DNA from: an uncultured Planctomycetaceae bacterium
GTDB taxonomy: Bacteria; Planctomycetota; Planctomycetia; Isosphaerales; Isosphaeraceae
NCBI GenBank assembly: GCA_963833985.1
Contig: CAWIAD010000001.1
Span: 2,752,001-2,816,000 of the forward strand
Reading direction: 5' to 3'
Length of the DNA stretch: 64,000 bases
Shown here: positions 34,077 to 43,221 of the stretch, piece after piece
Layout: each line of letters opens with the position of its first letter
How positions within the stretch are numbered: position 1 is the stretch's first letter
Position numbers and translations under genes: made by a program
The notes under the pieces: generated by a model
What the model was told of the DNA's origin: nothing
What the model saw: the letters and a program-made list of their open reading frames with translations, nothing else
Databases searched by the model: none

Positions 34077-34361
34077 GGTCGGAGCATTATACACCAGCGG
34101 CACCGGGATTCGATGCGTCGGGAACTCTGCGTTGGCACGGCGATGGTCTTGCCATCCGGAGAGCCAATCACTCTCATGATTCCCGGGTGCTCGGCACCGT
34201 ATTGATGAAGGCGATTTTAGAGTTCCTCACAAGCCTGGAGTCGAGCCCGCCGCTATCATGGCGCCGTCGATGGGGTCGCGCCATCCGATCCGGCGAGTCC
34301 TTGCGCTCGCCTTCCGTAGCGGTCCCGCAACTCAGCGCTCACCCAGATCCAGGGGGTTCTC

Positions 34362-35480
34362 ATGCATCGGATTTCGACGCGGCGTGAATTCCTGTCAGCC
34401 ACAGTCGGGGCCAGCGCCGCGGGGTGGCTTGTGCCGGGATGGCTGTGCGCGCAGGACGCCAAGGACTCTCCGCAGGTCCAGGAGATCCTCGCCGCCAGCA
34501 TCGGCATTGATATGCACAACCATGTCACGCCCGGCGGGGAACGGGGGGATGCGCGGCGCAAGGAGCAGCAAACGCCTCAGTCCGAGCTCGACCTGGCTGA
34601 GGAGATCCGGCGCTCCGGATTGACGGCCGTCTGCGCCGCCTTCCGCATAGGCTTCAATGACCCCGACCCCTACGGCACCTTCACGAAGGGGCTCACCGCG
34701 ATCGACGGAATGGTGGCCAAGGGAGGCCTGACCCGCGCATTGAACCTCAAGGACCTCCAGGCCGCTCACGAGAAGCGCCAGCCGGCCATCGTCCAGTCGG
34801 TCGAGGGAGCCCATTTCCTGGAAGGGCACCTCGAGCGCGTCGAGGAGATCTACCGGCGCGGGCTGCGGCATCTCCAGTTGCTGCATGACAAGGGCGACAA
34901 GGTCAAGCCGCTCGGCGACATCTACACCGAGCCCGCGAGCCTGGGCGGTTTGACGCCGTTTGGTGCGGACGTCATCAGCGAGTGCAACCGGCTGGGGATC
35001 CTTGTCGACCTTGCGCACGCGAGCCACGACACGGTGCTCGCCGCTCTGAAGGTATCCGCTCATCCGGTGATCGTCTCGCACACCAGCCTCGACACGCGGG
35101 CGGGGAAGAATGCCCGGATGGCCCGGATGATGGCCCCGCGCTTGATCAGCAAGGAAAAGGCCCGGGTGATCGCTGACGCCGGCGGCGTGGTCGGCGTGTG
35201 GACGAAGCTCTCCGATTCGCTGAGCGAGTACATTGGCGGGATCAAGGCTCTTGCCGACGCCATCGGCATCGACCACGTGGGCATGGGCACCGACAGCGAC
35301 ATCCTCTCGGCACGGCCGGGCCAGTCCACGAACGCCGCCTGGACGGGGCTTTCGGGCGGGTTCTTCACGGCGGCCGTGATGGAGATGCTGCAACAGGGCT
35401 TCACGCCCACCGGGATCGCCAAGGTCGGCGGCGGGAACTTCTGCCGGGTCTTCGACCAGGCCACGGCGGTGCGCTCGTGA
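34362..35480 (+). CDS. Membrane dipeptidase (M19) family protein with Tat signal
   Basis: TRREFL signal; DMHNH, VEG, GLTPFG, CNRLGILVDLAHAS, SHT, DHVGMGTD. Confidence 0.9.
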   Translation: MHRISTRREFLSATVGASAAGWLVPGWLCAQDAKDSPQVQEILAASIGIDMHNHVTPGGERGDARRKEQQTPQSELDLAEEIRRSGLTAVCAAFRIGFNDPDPYGTFTKGLTAIDGMVAKGGLTRALNLKDLQAAHEKRQPAIVQSVEGAHFLEGHLERVEEIYRRGLRHLQLLHDKGDKVKPLGDIYTEPASLGGLTPFGADVISECNRLGILVDLAHASHDTVLAALKVSAHPVIVSHTSLDTRAGKNARMARMMAPRLISKEKARVIADAGGVVGVWTKLSDSLSEYIGGIKALADAIGIDHVGMGTDSDILSARPGQSTNAAWTGLSGGFFTAAVMEMLQQGFTPTGIAKVGGGNFCRVFDQATAVRS

Positions 35481-35518
35481 AGTGGAGAGTCAGAATCAGC
35501 AGGATCGTCCTCCAATAA

Positions 35519-35554
35519 CAAACGCCCTCGGGGGTTGAATCCCGAGGGCGTTTG
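35519..35554. terminator. Intrinsic terminator hairpin (next to repeat copy 1)
   Basis: CAAACGCCCTCGGG, loop, CCCGAGGGCGTTTG. Confidence 0.75.
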
Positions 35555-35751
35555 CGGTTGGGGAGCGTTGAAGAGAGGTGATGGATCGAGCAGTCGAGGG
35601 CGCGGGCCTTCGACTCAGTGATGGAACAGGCCGCCCAGCCGCCCGAAGAGCGGGTGGCGGGCGTCGCACGGATCACAGGGCGGGACGGTGCTCACCGGCA
35701 ACGACTGGCTGGAGGCCACGACGCTCTGCGCCGAGGGGAGCACGCCGGCCG
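35547..35751. repeat. Direct repeat copy 1: orphan 3' end of the YTV gene plus downstream flank
   Basis: Ungapped match to 40883..41087 with ~10 mismatches in 205 bp by manual count; encodes ...PPCDPCDARHPLFGRLGGLFHH* on the minus strand. Confidence 0.95.
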
Positions 35752-36297
35752 CGAGGGCGGCGTGCGAGGCCGCTGGACCGACAGAGCCAGGCCACCCGTG
35801 TGAGCGGTAGCCGGTCATCGTCCTGTCCGCCAAGGGTCGACAATAGAGATTTCAGAAAATTCTTGACAGACCGAAATGTTCCAATTAAACTCGGATCATC
35901 CGAATTGGGATAAGGTCTCGGGACAATCCGGGCGCATTTCTGAGCCATTGCAGCTGGTGCCCGGCTTTGGCATGGCATCTGAGGATGGCATGGTCAAATT
36001 GCGAGGGACACGCGCGGCCGTCACGCCCTTTTCCCTAGCGGCAGCCCTGTCCGCGCTCGGCATCGTGGCCGTTCTTTCTGCCGGTTACTACCGTTTTGGC
36101 TCGTTAGCAGTTGCGGCCAGGTACGTAGCTGGCGAGCGACTCCTCGTGGACCAGCCCACAAAATCCTTCGGGTTGCAGAAGCGCGGCAGCCCGTGCACCG
36201 TGTTTTTCCGGCTCATGAACGCGACGGTCGCTTCTGTCCGGATCCTGGCGCAAGGTCTTCTTGCAGATGCATAACGCCGAGGGGTGTCCCTGCTTCG

Positions 36298-37398
36298 CTA
36301 GTGTCCTGAGTTAGAAGTTCGCTCACAAACCCTCGCCACTCGATCTAAGATCATATCAGCATCTGCCGTCCATACGAAAGGCTTGGGATTTACGTTGTGT
36401 TTTGCCAGGAATTCATGGATCGCCTGTTCCAACGCCGCCACGCTCCGGAATACTCCACGGCGAATTCACTTCTCGGTAATCTCCGCGAAGAATCGTTCAA
36501 CCTGGTTCAGCCAAGAGCCGCTGGTGGGAGTGAAATGCAGATGATACTCGGGATGGCGAGCGAACCACCGCTTCACGGCTGGAGCTTTGTGTGTGCCGTA
36601 GTTGTCCATGACGAGGTGAATCTCGACGCCTGGTGCTTTGGCGATCTGGCTATCGATCTCGTTGAGGAATTTGAGGAATTCTTGTTGTCGATGGCGACGG
36701 TAGCATTTGCCAATCACACGACCTGTCGCGACGTCCAAGGCGGCGAACAGCGAAGTCGTCCCATTGCGTACATAATCCGGAGTTCGCCTCTCCGCCTGGC
36801 CAGGCCCCATGGGAAGCAACGGCTGGGTACGGTCCAACGCTTGCACCTGGCTCTTCTCGTCGATGCTCAAGACGATAGCGCGCTCCGGCGGGCTCATATA
36901 CAACCCGACGATGTCGCGGACCTTCTCGATGAAAAAGGGGTCCGTGGAAAGCTTGAACGTCTCGCTGCGGTGAGGCTTCAACTCGAACGCTCGCCAGATA
37001 CGCGAGATCGCTGTCTGAGACAAGCCGACGGCTTCCGCCATGCCCCGAGTGCTCCAATGCGTGGCGGCCTTGGGTTTCTCCTCCAGAGTCTTGGTCACAA
37101 CGGCCTCGACCATTGCGTCCGTGATTTTGCAGGGCGCCCCCGGCCTTGGCTCGTCGGACAGGCCGTCGAGACGATCGAGGAGGAAACGTTTCCGCCATTT
37201 CCCGACCGTCACGACATTCACCCGGAGCTGTGCGGCGACTTCCTGATTATCGAAACCTTGAGCGCAAGCCAAGATGATCCGCGAACGGAGGGCGAGACGC
37301 TGGCTGGTCTTGGGCCGGCGCGACCACGCTTCGAGTTTCTGACGCTCGACATCATTCAAAGTGAGAGTAGCCTTGGGGCGACCACCTTTATTCATCAT
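36298..37398 (-). pseudogene. IS630 transposase with an in-frame TGA at 36466-36468
   Basis: HTH (GKWRKRF..RPGAP), DEKS/DNY/VER catalytic residues; after EITEK* the frame continues IRRGVFRSV...PKPFVWT...SNSGH* to 36298. Confidence 0.9.
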
Positions 37399-37473
37399 AA
37401 ATCTCCTTTGAGAGATTATATGACGAATACATGATAAGTCAAGGTTATTTGGTGAATTTGTAACTCAGGACAC
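36301..37473 (-). mobile_element. IS630-family insertion sequence (1173 bp) with TA target duplication
   Basis: Ends CTA|GTGTCCTGAGTTA ... TAACTCAGGACAC|TAG; TA at 36299-36300 and 37474-37475. Confidence 0.95.
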
Positions 37474-37661
37474 TAGGACCAAACTCCGACCTCGAACTGA
37501 GCATCACCGTTGCTACCGACCGACCCCCGGGCGAGGTTGATGAAACGGTCACGCTCTTTATTGACATTCCGAGGCGGCCGACGCTCGCGCTCCGGATTCG
37601 CGGGCGCATTGGGTAACCCGGTTGCCTTACGAGGGGCTCCGACTGAAGCCGCGGTACAGAT

Positions 37662-38081
37662 ATGAAGATCCTCAGCGTCCGATCGTGCTTTTTAGCCTCC
37701 TGTGTGTGTTTTCTGACCGGCGCCGCGATCGAGCTTGGTGGGCCAGCCACGACGGGGTTGGGAGCCGAGCCGTCATCCCGCGACGTCGGCCCCCTGGATG
37801 TCGAAACGGAACAGTTCTTCGAGTTTCAGCTCGTCAATCGAAGCTCAAAGCCCGTTCGCCTGGTCGGCGCTTCGTCGGGTTGCAGACTAACCTATTGCAT
37901 TCGATTGGATGACATGCCGAAAGTCATTGCAGCGAATGCGAGTGTCCGCATGAACGTTGTTGTGAAACCCCGGAAGGCCGGCAAAGTCTTGGCCCAGATA
38001 ACAGTTTATTCGAATGACGGAGTGCACCCACAACTCGAGCTCAAGGTTTCGGGGACCGCCGTAGAAAAGCAAGGTCACTAG
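37662..38081 (+). CDS. DUF1573-like Ig-fold exported protein
   Basis: Hydrophobic N-terminus; F.LVN.S..PVRLVG..SGC motif; ITVYSND..HPQLELKVSG. Confidence 0.75.
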   Translation: MKILSVRSCFLASCVCFLTGAAIELGGPATTGLGAEPSSRDVGPLDVETEQFFEFQLVNRSSKPVRLVGASSGCRLTYCIRLDDMPKVIAANASVRMNVVVKPRKAGKVLAQITVYSNDGVHPQLELKVSGTAVEKQGH

Positions 38082-38148
38082 GACCTTATTGGGCTCACGA
38101 GCTCACCAAATGGCTCCGTTTTCCGATCCTTTTCAGAGGGAAATCCCG

Positions 38149-38439
38149 GTGTCCACAATGAGAAGCATTATGGCCGGTTGCCTTGCGGGCGTTGGCTTCG
38201 TCTTCCTCTTTCTTGCCACGGTGGCGTTCACGAGCACTGTCGCCCACGCCGCGGTCCAACCGCCGCAGCAAGGCTGTGCGTGCGAGGGAAACACGTGCGA
38301 GTACGACGTAAACAATGGCAATTGCAGACAGCGGACTCCAGACGGCAGTGCGAGTACCTGTCCGGACGCGCAAGACTGTCACAACTGCCAGTGTAAAGAC
38401 ACGCAAAAACCTATGGACTGCGCCTGCCAGGCGATGTAG
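38149..38439 (+). CDS. Small secreted cysteine-rich peptide (10 Cys in the mature part)
   Basis: Signal peptide ending VAHA; mature AVQPPQQGCACEGNTCEYDVNNGNCRQRTPDGSASTCPDAQDCHNCQCKDTQKPMDCACQAM. Confidence 0.8.
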   Translation: MSTMRSIMAGCLAGVGFVFLFLATVAFTSTVAHAAVQPPQQGCACEGNTCEYDVNNGNCRQRTPDGSASTCPDAQDCHNCQCKDTQKPMDCACQAM

Positions 38440-38711
38440 TTGGAACCGGGTAGCCTGGCCCCGTGGAACGAATCATCCGCGATCTCGGGCTCGGAGGTGA
38501 CAGCGCGGGCGACAACGGGTTGCACTGTTCCCCCACTTCCCAGACCGACGAGGCGACAGTGACTTGTAAATAGCGCGCGTCTCCCGAGGGGCTTGGTGAT
38601 GGTTCGTGCAGGGGGGTGACGGAGTTGGGGTACGCAGCGGTGGGGCCGACCCAGAAGGATACCTCGGGCCTGAGGACATATTGAACCACCTGCCTGTAAT
38701 TCGCGCACGAG

Positions 38712-39737
38712 GTGATTCTCATGTGCAAGTTCACGACGTTCTTTTTTTTGCTCACGGCCTGCACGCAGAGCCAAGGCTCGGTCCAGGATGATGGTCCGCT
38801 CAAGGAGCGCGTGCTGACCGAGTACCCGGCCGCACTGAAGCGCCTTGAGGAGCGACTGTCTCGCATCCACATTGAGGGAACCAGCGTACACACCCAACTC
38901 GATCCGCGGACGAAGAAGGAACAGCGAACCTCGATACACTACGTGTTCGCTATCAACGGGCCATCGAGACTGAAGCGCAGCTCGACCAGCTCGGGCACCG
39001 GGGGCAAGGACGAGGGCTATCATTTCGTATCTTGCATCAACCCGAGGTACTCTTTCCGTCTCAGGGCGATCGGCACGGGCAGGCCCTTAGAGATCAAGGA
39101 CTTCGGGGGCGGTCTCGACCCGAATGTCGCCAACGACATGGGTAGTGATTTCGCTCGGTACGTCTTCGCGCCGATCACCTTCAAGGCTATGTCTATCGCG
39201 GAAACGATGGCGCACCCAACGTTCGAGTTAAAGCATGTGAGCGAGGAGATCCATAACGGCAAGAAGTTTCTGAAGATTGAGTTCAGGTGGCACCCGGTCC
39301 AGAAGTATCCCGCCATTCCCGGTTGGTGGTTGGTCAGCCCCGAGGAGGACTGGGTCCTGCGAGAATGGGAATTCCTCGTGGGCCGGCATGAGGACGTCAC
39401 GTGGCATGGCCGGGTTGAGTATGCAGACTCCGTCGATGGAATTCCGCTGCCAATCTCACTCTCCGAGACGCACCCGCTTGAGACGCGGCAATTTAGTTTC
39501 GATCGAGTCCGACCGGGCCCCGTGCCGGAATCGGAGTTTACGCTGACGGCATTCGGCCTGCCCGAGCTCGATCAGCCGGGTCGCAGCCGGTCGACGATGT
39601 CACCCGGACTATGGTTCCTTGCCCTGGGCTGCCTCTTCCTAGCGATCGCGGGGGTCCTCGGGCGCAGGTGGCGCAGTCAGGGCACGCGCCGGATCATGCG
39701 CCTGCGCAGTGAGCGGCCGGTGGAGCGAGGGACATGA
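38712..39737 (+). CDS. Exported hypothetical protein with C-terminal TM anchor
   Basis: N-terminal FFFLLTAC (lipobox-like), beta-rich body, EFTLTAFGLPE then GLWFLALGCLFLAIAGVLGRRWR; overlaps the next start. Confidence 0.8.
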   Translation: MILMCKFTTFFFLLTACTQSQGSVQDDGPLKERVLTEYPAALKRLEERLSRIHIEGTSVHTQLDPRTKKEQRTSIHYVFAINGPSRLKRSSTSSGTGGKDEGYHFVSCINPRYSFRLRAIGTGRPLEIKDFGGGLDPNVANDMGSDFARYVFAPITFKAMSIAETMAHPTFELKHVSEEIHNGKKFLKIEFRWHPVQKYPAIPGWWLVSPEEDWVLREWEFLVGRHEDVTWHGRVEYADSVDGIPLPISLSETHPLETRQFSFDRVRPGPVPESEFTLTAFGLPELDQPGRSRSTMSPGLWFLALGCLFLAIAGVLGRRWRSQGTRRIMRLRSERPVERGT

Positions 39738-40804
39738 GGGGTCGGCGGACGGCGGGAGCGTTCACGCTCATCGAGATGCTGGTCGCGATGGCCACGATCA
39801 GCTTGCTGATCGCGTTCCTACTGCCGGCGGTGCAATCGGCACGCGAGGCCGCCAGGCGAATTCAGTGCGCGGGAAACCTGAGGCAGCTCGGCATTGCGCT
39901 GCACTCGTACCACGACCGCTTCGGCAGCCTGCCACCGGGCCGGATGATGACATACGATCCACGCTACGCCGGCCCACATCCCCCTTGCACATCCACGATC
40001 GTCGACAAGAGCTTCCTGGTCATGATCCTGCCCGATCTCGAGCAGGGCGCACTTGACAGCGCGATCAACCAGTCGCTCACCATCATCGGGTACGAGAACA
40101 GGACAGTTCACGCTGTCGCCGTGAGTACCTTTGCGTGTCCGAGCGATCCTTCGTCCGGCATCGCCCGGGAGATCGACACGGAGAGGATGGCGTCGCACGG
40201 ACTTGCAGCCGAGGGTGAGAACTTGCTAGGCGTGTTCACGAGTTACTCCGGTTGCGCGGGATCAATGTTCGTGAATGCGCTAGCCTCCCCTCCGAGCTGC
40301 GTCGTGCCCCAGGTCACGAGGCGCCAGTCCAACGGTTGCTTCAACGATATTTCACCTATACCGTTCAACTCAATTACAGATGGCCTCGGAAACACCATCT
40401 TCGTGCTCGAGAAGGCCACGACACTGTTCCGCGGCCCGGGCGGCAGTACCAGTCCGACTTACTCCGAATACGGCTGGTACTTCACCGGCAACTGGGGTGA
40501 CACCCTGGCCTCGACGTTCTACCCGATGAATGCCGACAAGGCCATAGCTGCGGCTGCGACGTACGCGCAGGTCTTCTCATCATCGAGCCTGCATCCCGGC
40601 GGCGTGAACGTCCTGATGGGCGATGGTTCCGTGCGATTCATCAAGGAAACAATCGACACGTGGCCATGTGATAGGTTCACCGGCAATCCCAGCGGTGCTG
40701 CCCAGATGAAGGACGGATCGTGGACGAACCTCCCTCCCTCGGGCGTCTGGCAGGCGCTCGCCACGCGCGCCGATGGCGAGGTCATCGGCTCCGATTCGTA
40801 TTGA
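39734..40804 (+). CDS. DUF1559 prepilin-type protein
   Basis: AFTLIEMLV...[40 protein letters not shown]. Confidence 0.95.
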   Translation: MRGRRTAGAFTLIEMLVAMATISLLIAFLLPAVQSAREAARRIQCAGNLRQLGIALHSYHDRFGSLPPGRMMTYDPRYAGPHPPCTSTIVDKSFLVMILPDLEQGALDSAINQSLTIIGYENRTVHAVAVSTFACPSDPSSGIAREIDTERMASHGLAAEGENLLGVFTSYSGCAGSMFVNALASPPSCVVPQVTRRQSNGCFNDISPIPFNSITDGLGNTIFVLEKATTLFRGPGGSTSPTYSEYGWYFTGNWGDTLASTFYPMNADKAIAAAATYAQVFSSSSLHPGGVNVLMGDGSVRFIKETIDTWPCDRFTGNPSGAAQMKDGSWTNLPPSGVWQALATRADGEVIGSDSY

Positions 40805-40853
40805 CGGCCCGCGGAGTATTCAGCGCCGGCTGACGTCTCTCGGTCCCCGAATG

Positions 40854-40890
40854 AAAAAACGCCTGCCGGATGAGTTCCGGCAGGCGTTTG
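40854..40890 (-). terminator. Intrinsic terminator of the YTV gene (possibly bidirectional)
   Basis: AAACGCCTGCCGGA-TGAGT-TCCGGCAGGCGTTT with an A6 tract at 40854-40859. Confidence 0.8.
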
Positions 40891-41087
40891 CAGTTGGGGA
40901 GCGTTGAAGAGAGGTGATCGATCGAGCAGTCGAGGGCGCGGGCCCGCGACTCAGTGATGGAACAGGCCGCCCAGCCGCCCGAACAGCGGGTGGCGGGCGT
41001 CGCACGGATCGCAGGGCGGGACGGTGCACACCGGCAGCGACTGGCTGGAGGCCACGACGCTCTGCGACGAGGGGAGCACGGCGGCCG
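40883..41087. repeat. Direct repeat copy 2: 3' end of the intact YTV gene plus flank
   Basis: Matches 35547..35751 at a constant offset of 5336 bp. Confidence 0.95.
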
Positions 41088-43221
41088 GCTCGCAGTAGAC
41101 CGTCACCGGCACCTGGACGCAGACCTCGACCGGGACCTGCTTGCAGATGGTCTTCGGCACGCAGACCGTCTTCATCTCGGTCACCTGCCTGGGCACCGTC
41201 ACCGGGCACACGATCGTCTTCGGCTCGACGATTTGCTGGCAGGTGGTGTAGGGAACCTTGCGCACGCACTGCACCGTCTGCATCTCGCAGACGGTCTGGC
41301 AGACGGTCTTCACGCAGGGCTCGGTCACCATCTCGCAAACGGTCTGGCAGACCTTCTTGACGCAGGGCTCGGCCACGGTTCGGCAGGTGGTGACGGGCAC
41401 CTGGCAGGTTCGCGTTTCACACACGTTGCGGCAGGTCGTCACCGGAATCTGCTTGACCTGCTGCTCGGTCACCATGCGGCAGACGGTCACCGGCACGCGC
41501 TTGACGCACGTCTGCGGAACCATCCGGGTGACGGTGCAGGGGACCTGCTTGCACACCGTCTCGCGGATGGTCCGGGTGACGGTGTAGGGCACCTGCCTGT
41601 ACTGCTTCTCAGGCACATAGCTGGTGACCGTGTACGGGTCCTGGCGGTACTCGGTCTTGTTGCACATCTTGGTCACGCAGACCGGCACGCAGCGGTTCAC
41701 CGTGCGGGCCTCGGTGCTGCACACGGTGTAGGGAACCGTCTTCATGCAGGTTTCCTGCACCATGCGGCAGGTGGTGACGGGCACCATCTTCACCTGCTCC
41801 TGCGCCACGTACTCGCAGACGGTGTAGGGAACCTGTTTGGTCATCGTTTCCTGGACCATGCGGCAGGTGGTGACGGGCACCATCTTCACCTGCTCCTCGG
41901 CCACCATGGTGCAGGTGGTGACGGGCACCTGCTCGGTGATGGTCGTGGGGACCTGGCGGCAGACGGTGACAGGGACCTGCTTGCGGATGGTCTGCGATTC
42001 GTAGACCGTGCAGCAGACGTTCTCGACGACGGTCCGCGGGCACCAGACCTTCTTCTCGCAAACCGTCGGGGGCGCCTGCACCAGGCAGCCGTTGATGCAG
42101 ACGGTCTTGCCGGGCGAGCAGGTTTGCTGCGTCACCCACTCGCCGCACTCGCGCGTGACCTGCTTGGTGACGGTGTGCGGCACGCAGACCTGCTCGCAGA
42201 CGTCGCGGTACTGGGTTTCCTGGACGGTATTGCAGACCGTCTTGCACACGGTCTTCATGGTCGTGGTCTGGACCGGCCGGCAAACCGTGTAGCGGCACTC
42301 CTTCATGACCGTCTCCCGCACGGGGCGGCAGACGGTATACGAGCAGGTCTTGATCTCGGTCCGCTGCACGGGCACGCGCACGGTGTAGCGGCATTCCTTC
42401 ATGACCGTCTCGCTCACGGGGCGGCACACCGTGTAGGGCACCTGCTTGTAGGCCGTCTGGCGCACCGGCACCATCACCGTGGTCGGCTGGCTTTGCAGCA
42501 CCGTGGTCTGCACCGGCACCTGCACGGTGAAGGGCACCGTACGGTAGCAGGTTTTCTGGACCGGCCGGCAGACGGTGTAGCACACCGTCTTGTAGCACGT
42601 TTCCTGGATCGGGCGGCAGACCGTCTGGTTCACCGTCCGCACGATGGTCTCGCTCACGGGTCGGCAGACCGTGTAGGTCACCTCCTTGAACGAGGTCTCG
42701 CGCACCGGCCGGCACACGTTGTAGACGCAGGTCTTGATCGCCGTCTCCCGGACCGGGCGGCTGACCGTGTACGACCTGGTCTCGTAATGGGTCTCGCGCA
42801 CCGGGCGGTAGACGGTGTAGGTCACGTCTTTCCAGATCGTCCGCTGCACCGGCCGTTGCACGGTGTACTGGACCTCACGGCTCACCGTGCGATACACCGG
42901 ACGGTTGACCGTGTAGGCCTCCTCACGCACGTGCTGCTCCACGACGTTGCGGGTCGTCGTGATGGTCCGCGGCTGCATCACCGTCTCGCAGACGGTCCGC
43001 ACGCAGGGAACCTGCTGCGTCTCATAAACGGTCTCCTGCACGTTCCGGAGTACCGTTTGACGCTGGAGTTGATACTGGACATGCCCGCCACACTCCTGGG
43101 GCACGGGGCAAACTCGGCACGAGGCACCACCAGCATAACTCGCTGCCTGGGCCGGGCGCGCGGTAACCCCCAGCCCCAGTCCCAGGGCAAGCAGGGCAAC
43201 CAACGGTAGTTTTCTCAACAT
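40951..43221 (-). CDS. Secreted Cys/Val/Thr/Pro-rich YTV-type repeat protein (putative envelope protein)
   Basis: Signal peptide (AQA|A); 16-aa periodic YTVCRPVxET / VPVTTCRMVxE repeats. Confidence 0.88.
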   Translation of the reverse strand: MLRKLPLVALLALGLGLGVTARPAQAASYAGGASCRVCPVPQECGGHVQYQLQRQTVLRNVQETVYETQQVPCVRTVCETVMQPRTITTTRNVVEQHVREEAYTVNRPVYRTVSREVQYTVQRPVQRTIWKDVTYTVYRPVRETHYETRSYTVSRPVRETAIKTCVYNVCRPVRETSFKEVTYTVCRPVSETIVRTVNQTVCRPIQETCYKTVCYTVCRPVQKTCYRTVPFTVQVPVQTTVLQSQPTTVMVPVRQTAYKQVPYTVCRPVSETVMKECRYTVRVPVQRTEIKTCSYTVCRPVRETVMKECRYTVCRPVQTTTMKTVCKTVCNTVQETQYRDVCEQVCVPHTVTKQVTRECGEWVTQQTCSPGKTVCINGCLVQAPPTVCEKKVWCPRTVVENVCCTVYESQTIRKQVPVTVCRQVPTTITEQVPVTTCTMVAEEQVKMVPVTTCRMVQETMTKQVPYTVCEYVAQEQVKMVPVTTCRMVQETCMKTVPYTVCSTEARTVNRCVPVCVTKMCNKTEYRQDPYTVTSYVPEKQYRQVPYTVTRTIRETVCKQVPCTVTRMVPQTCVKRVPVTVCRMVTEQQVKQIPVTTCRNVCETRTCQVPVTTCRTVAEPCVKKVCQTVCEMVTEPCVKTVCQTVCEMQTVQCVRKVPYTTCQQIVEPKTIVCPVTVPRQVTEMKTVCVPKTICKQVPVEVCVQVPVTVYCEPAAVLPSSQSVVASSQSLPVCTVPPCDPCDARHPLFGRLGGLFHH

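Larger units (their letters stand above)
35990..37616 (+). pseudogene. DUF1573-like Ig-fold membrane protein interrupted by IS630
   Basis: Removing the IS and one frameshift near 36247 gives ...VRIL(G)ARSSCRCITPRGVPASL|GPNSDLELSITV...RIRGRIG*. Confidence 0.8.

Noticed and set aside
35615..35833. 72-aa ORF ending like the YTV protein
   Set aside because: Only the last ~45 codons are homologous; weak TTG start and no signal peptide, so treated as an orphan 3' fragment.
36397..37434. 345-aa plus-strand ORF inside the IS
   Set aside because: Typical antisense frame of an IS630 transposase.
41200..42950. Periodic 48-bp DNA repeats as a possible CRISPR array or DGR
   Set aside because: They are degenerate in-frame coding repeats without unique spacers; no cas or reverse transcriptase gene, and the 205-bp repeat mismatches are not adenine-specific.
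40954..43209. 751-aa plus-strand ORF antisense to the YTV gene
   Set aside because: Shadow of a repetitive GC-biased gene; no signal or motif, while the minus-strand ORF has a signal peptide and terminator.
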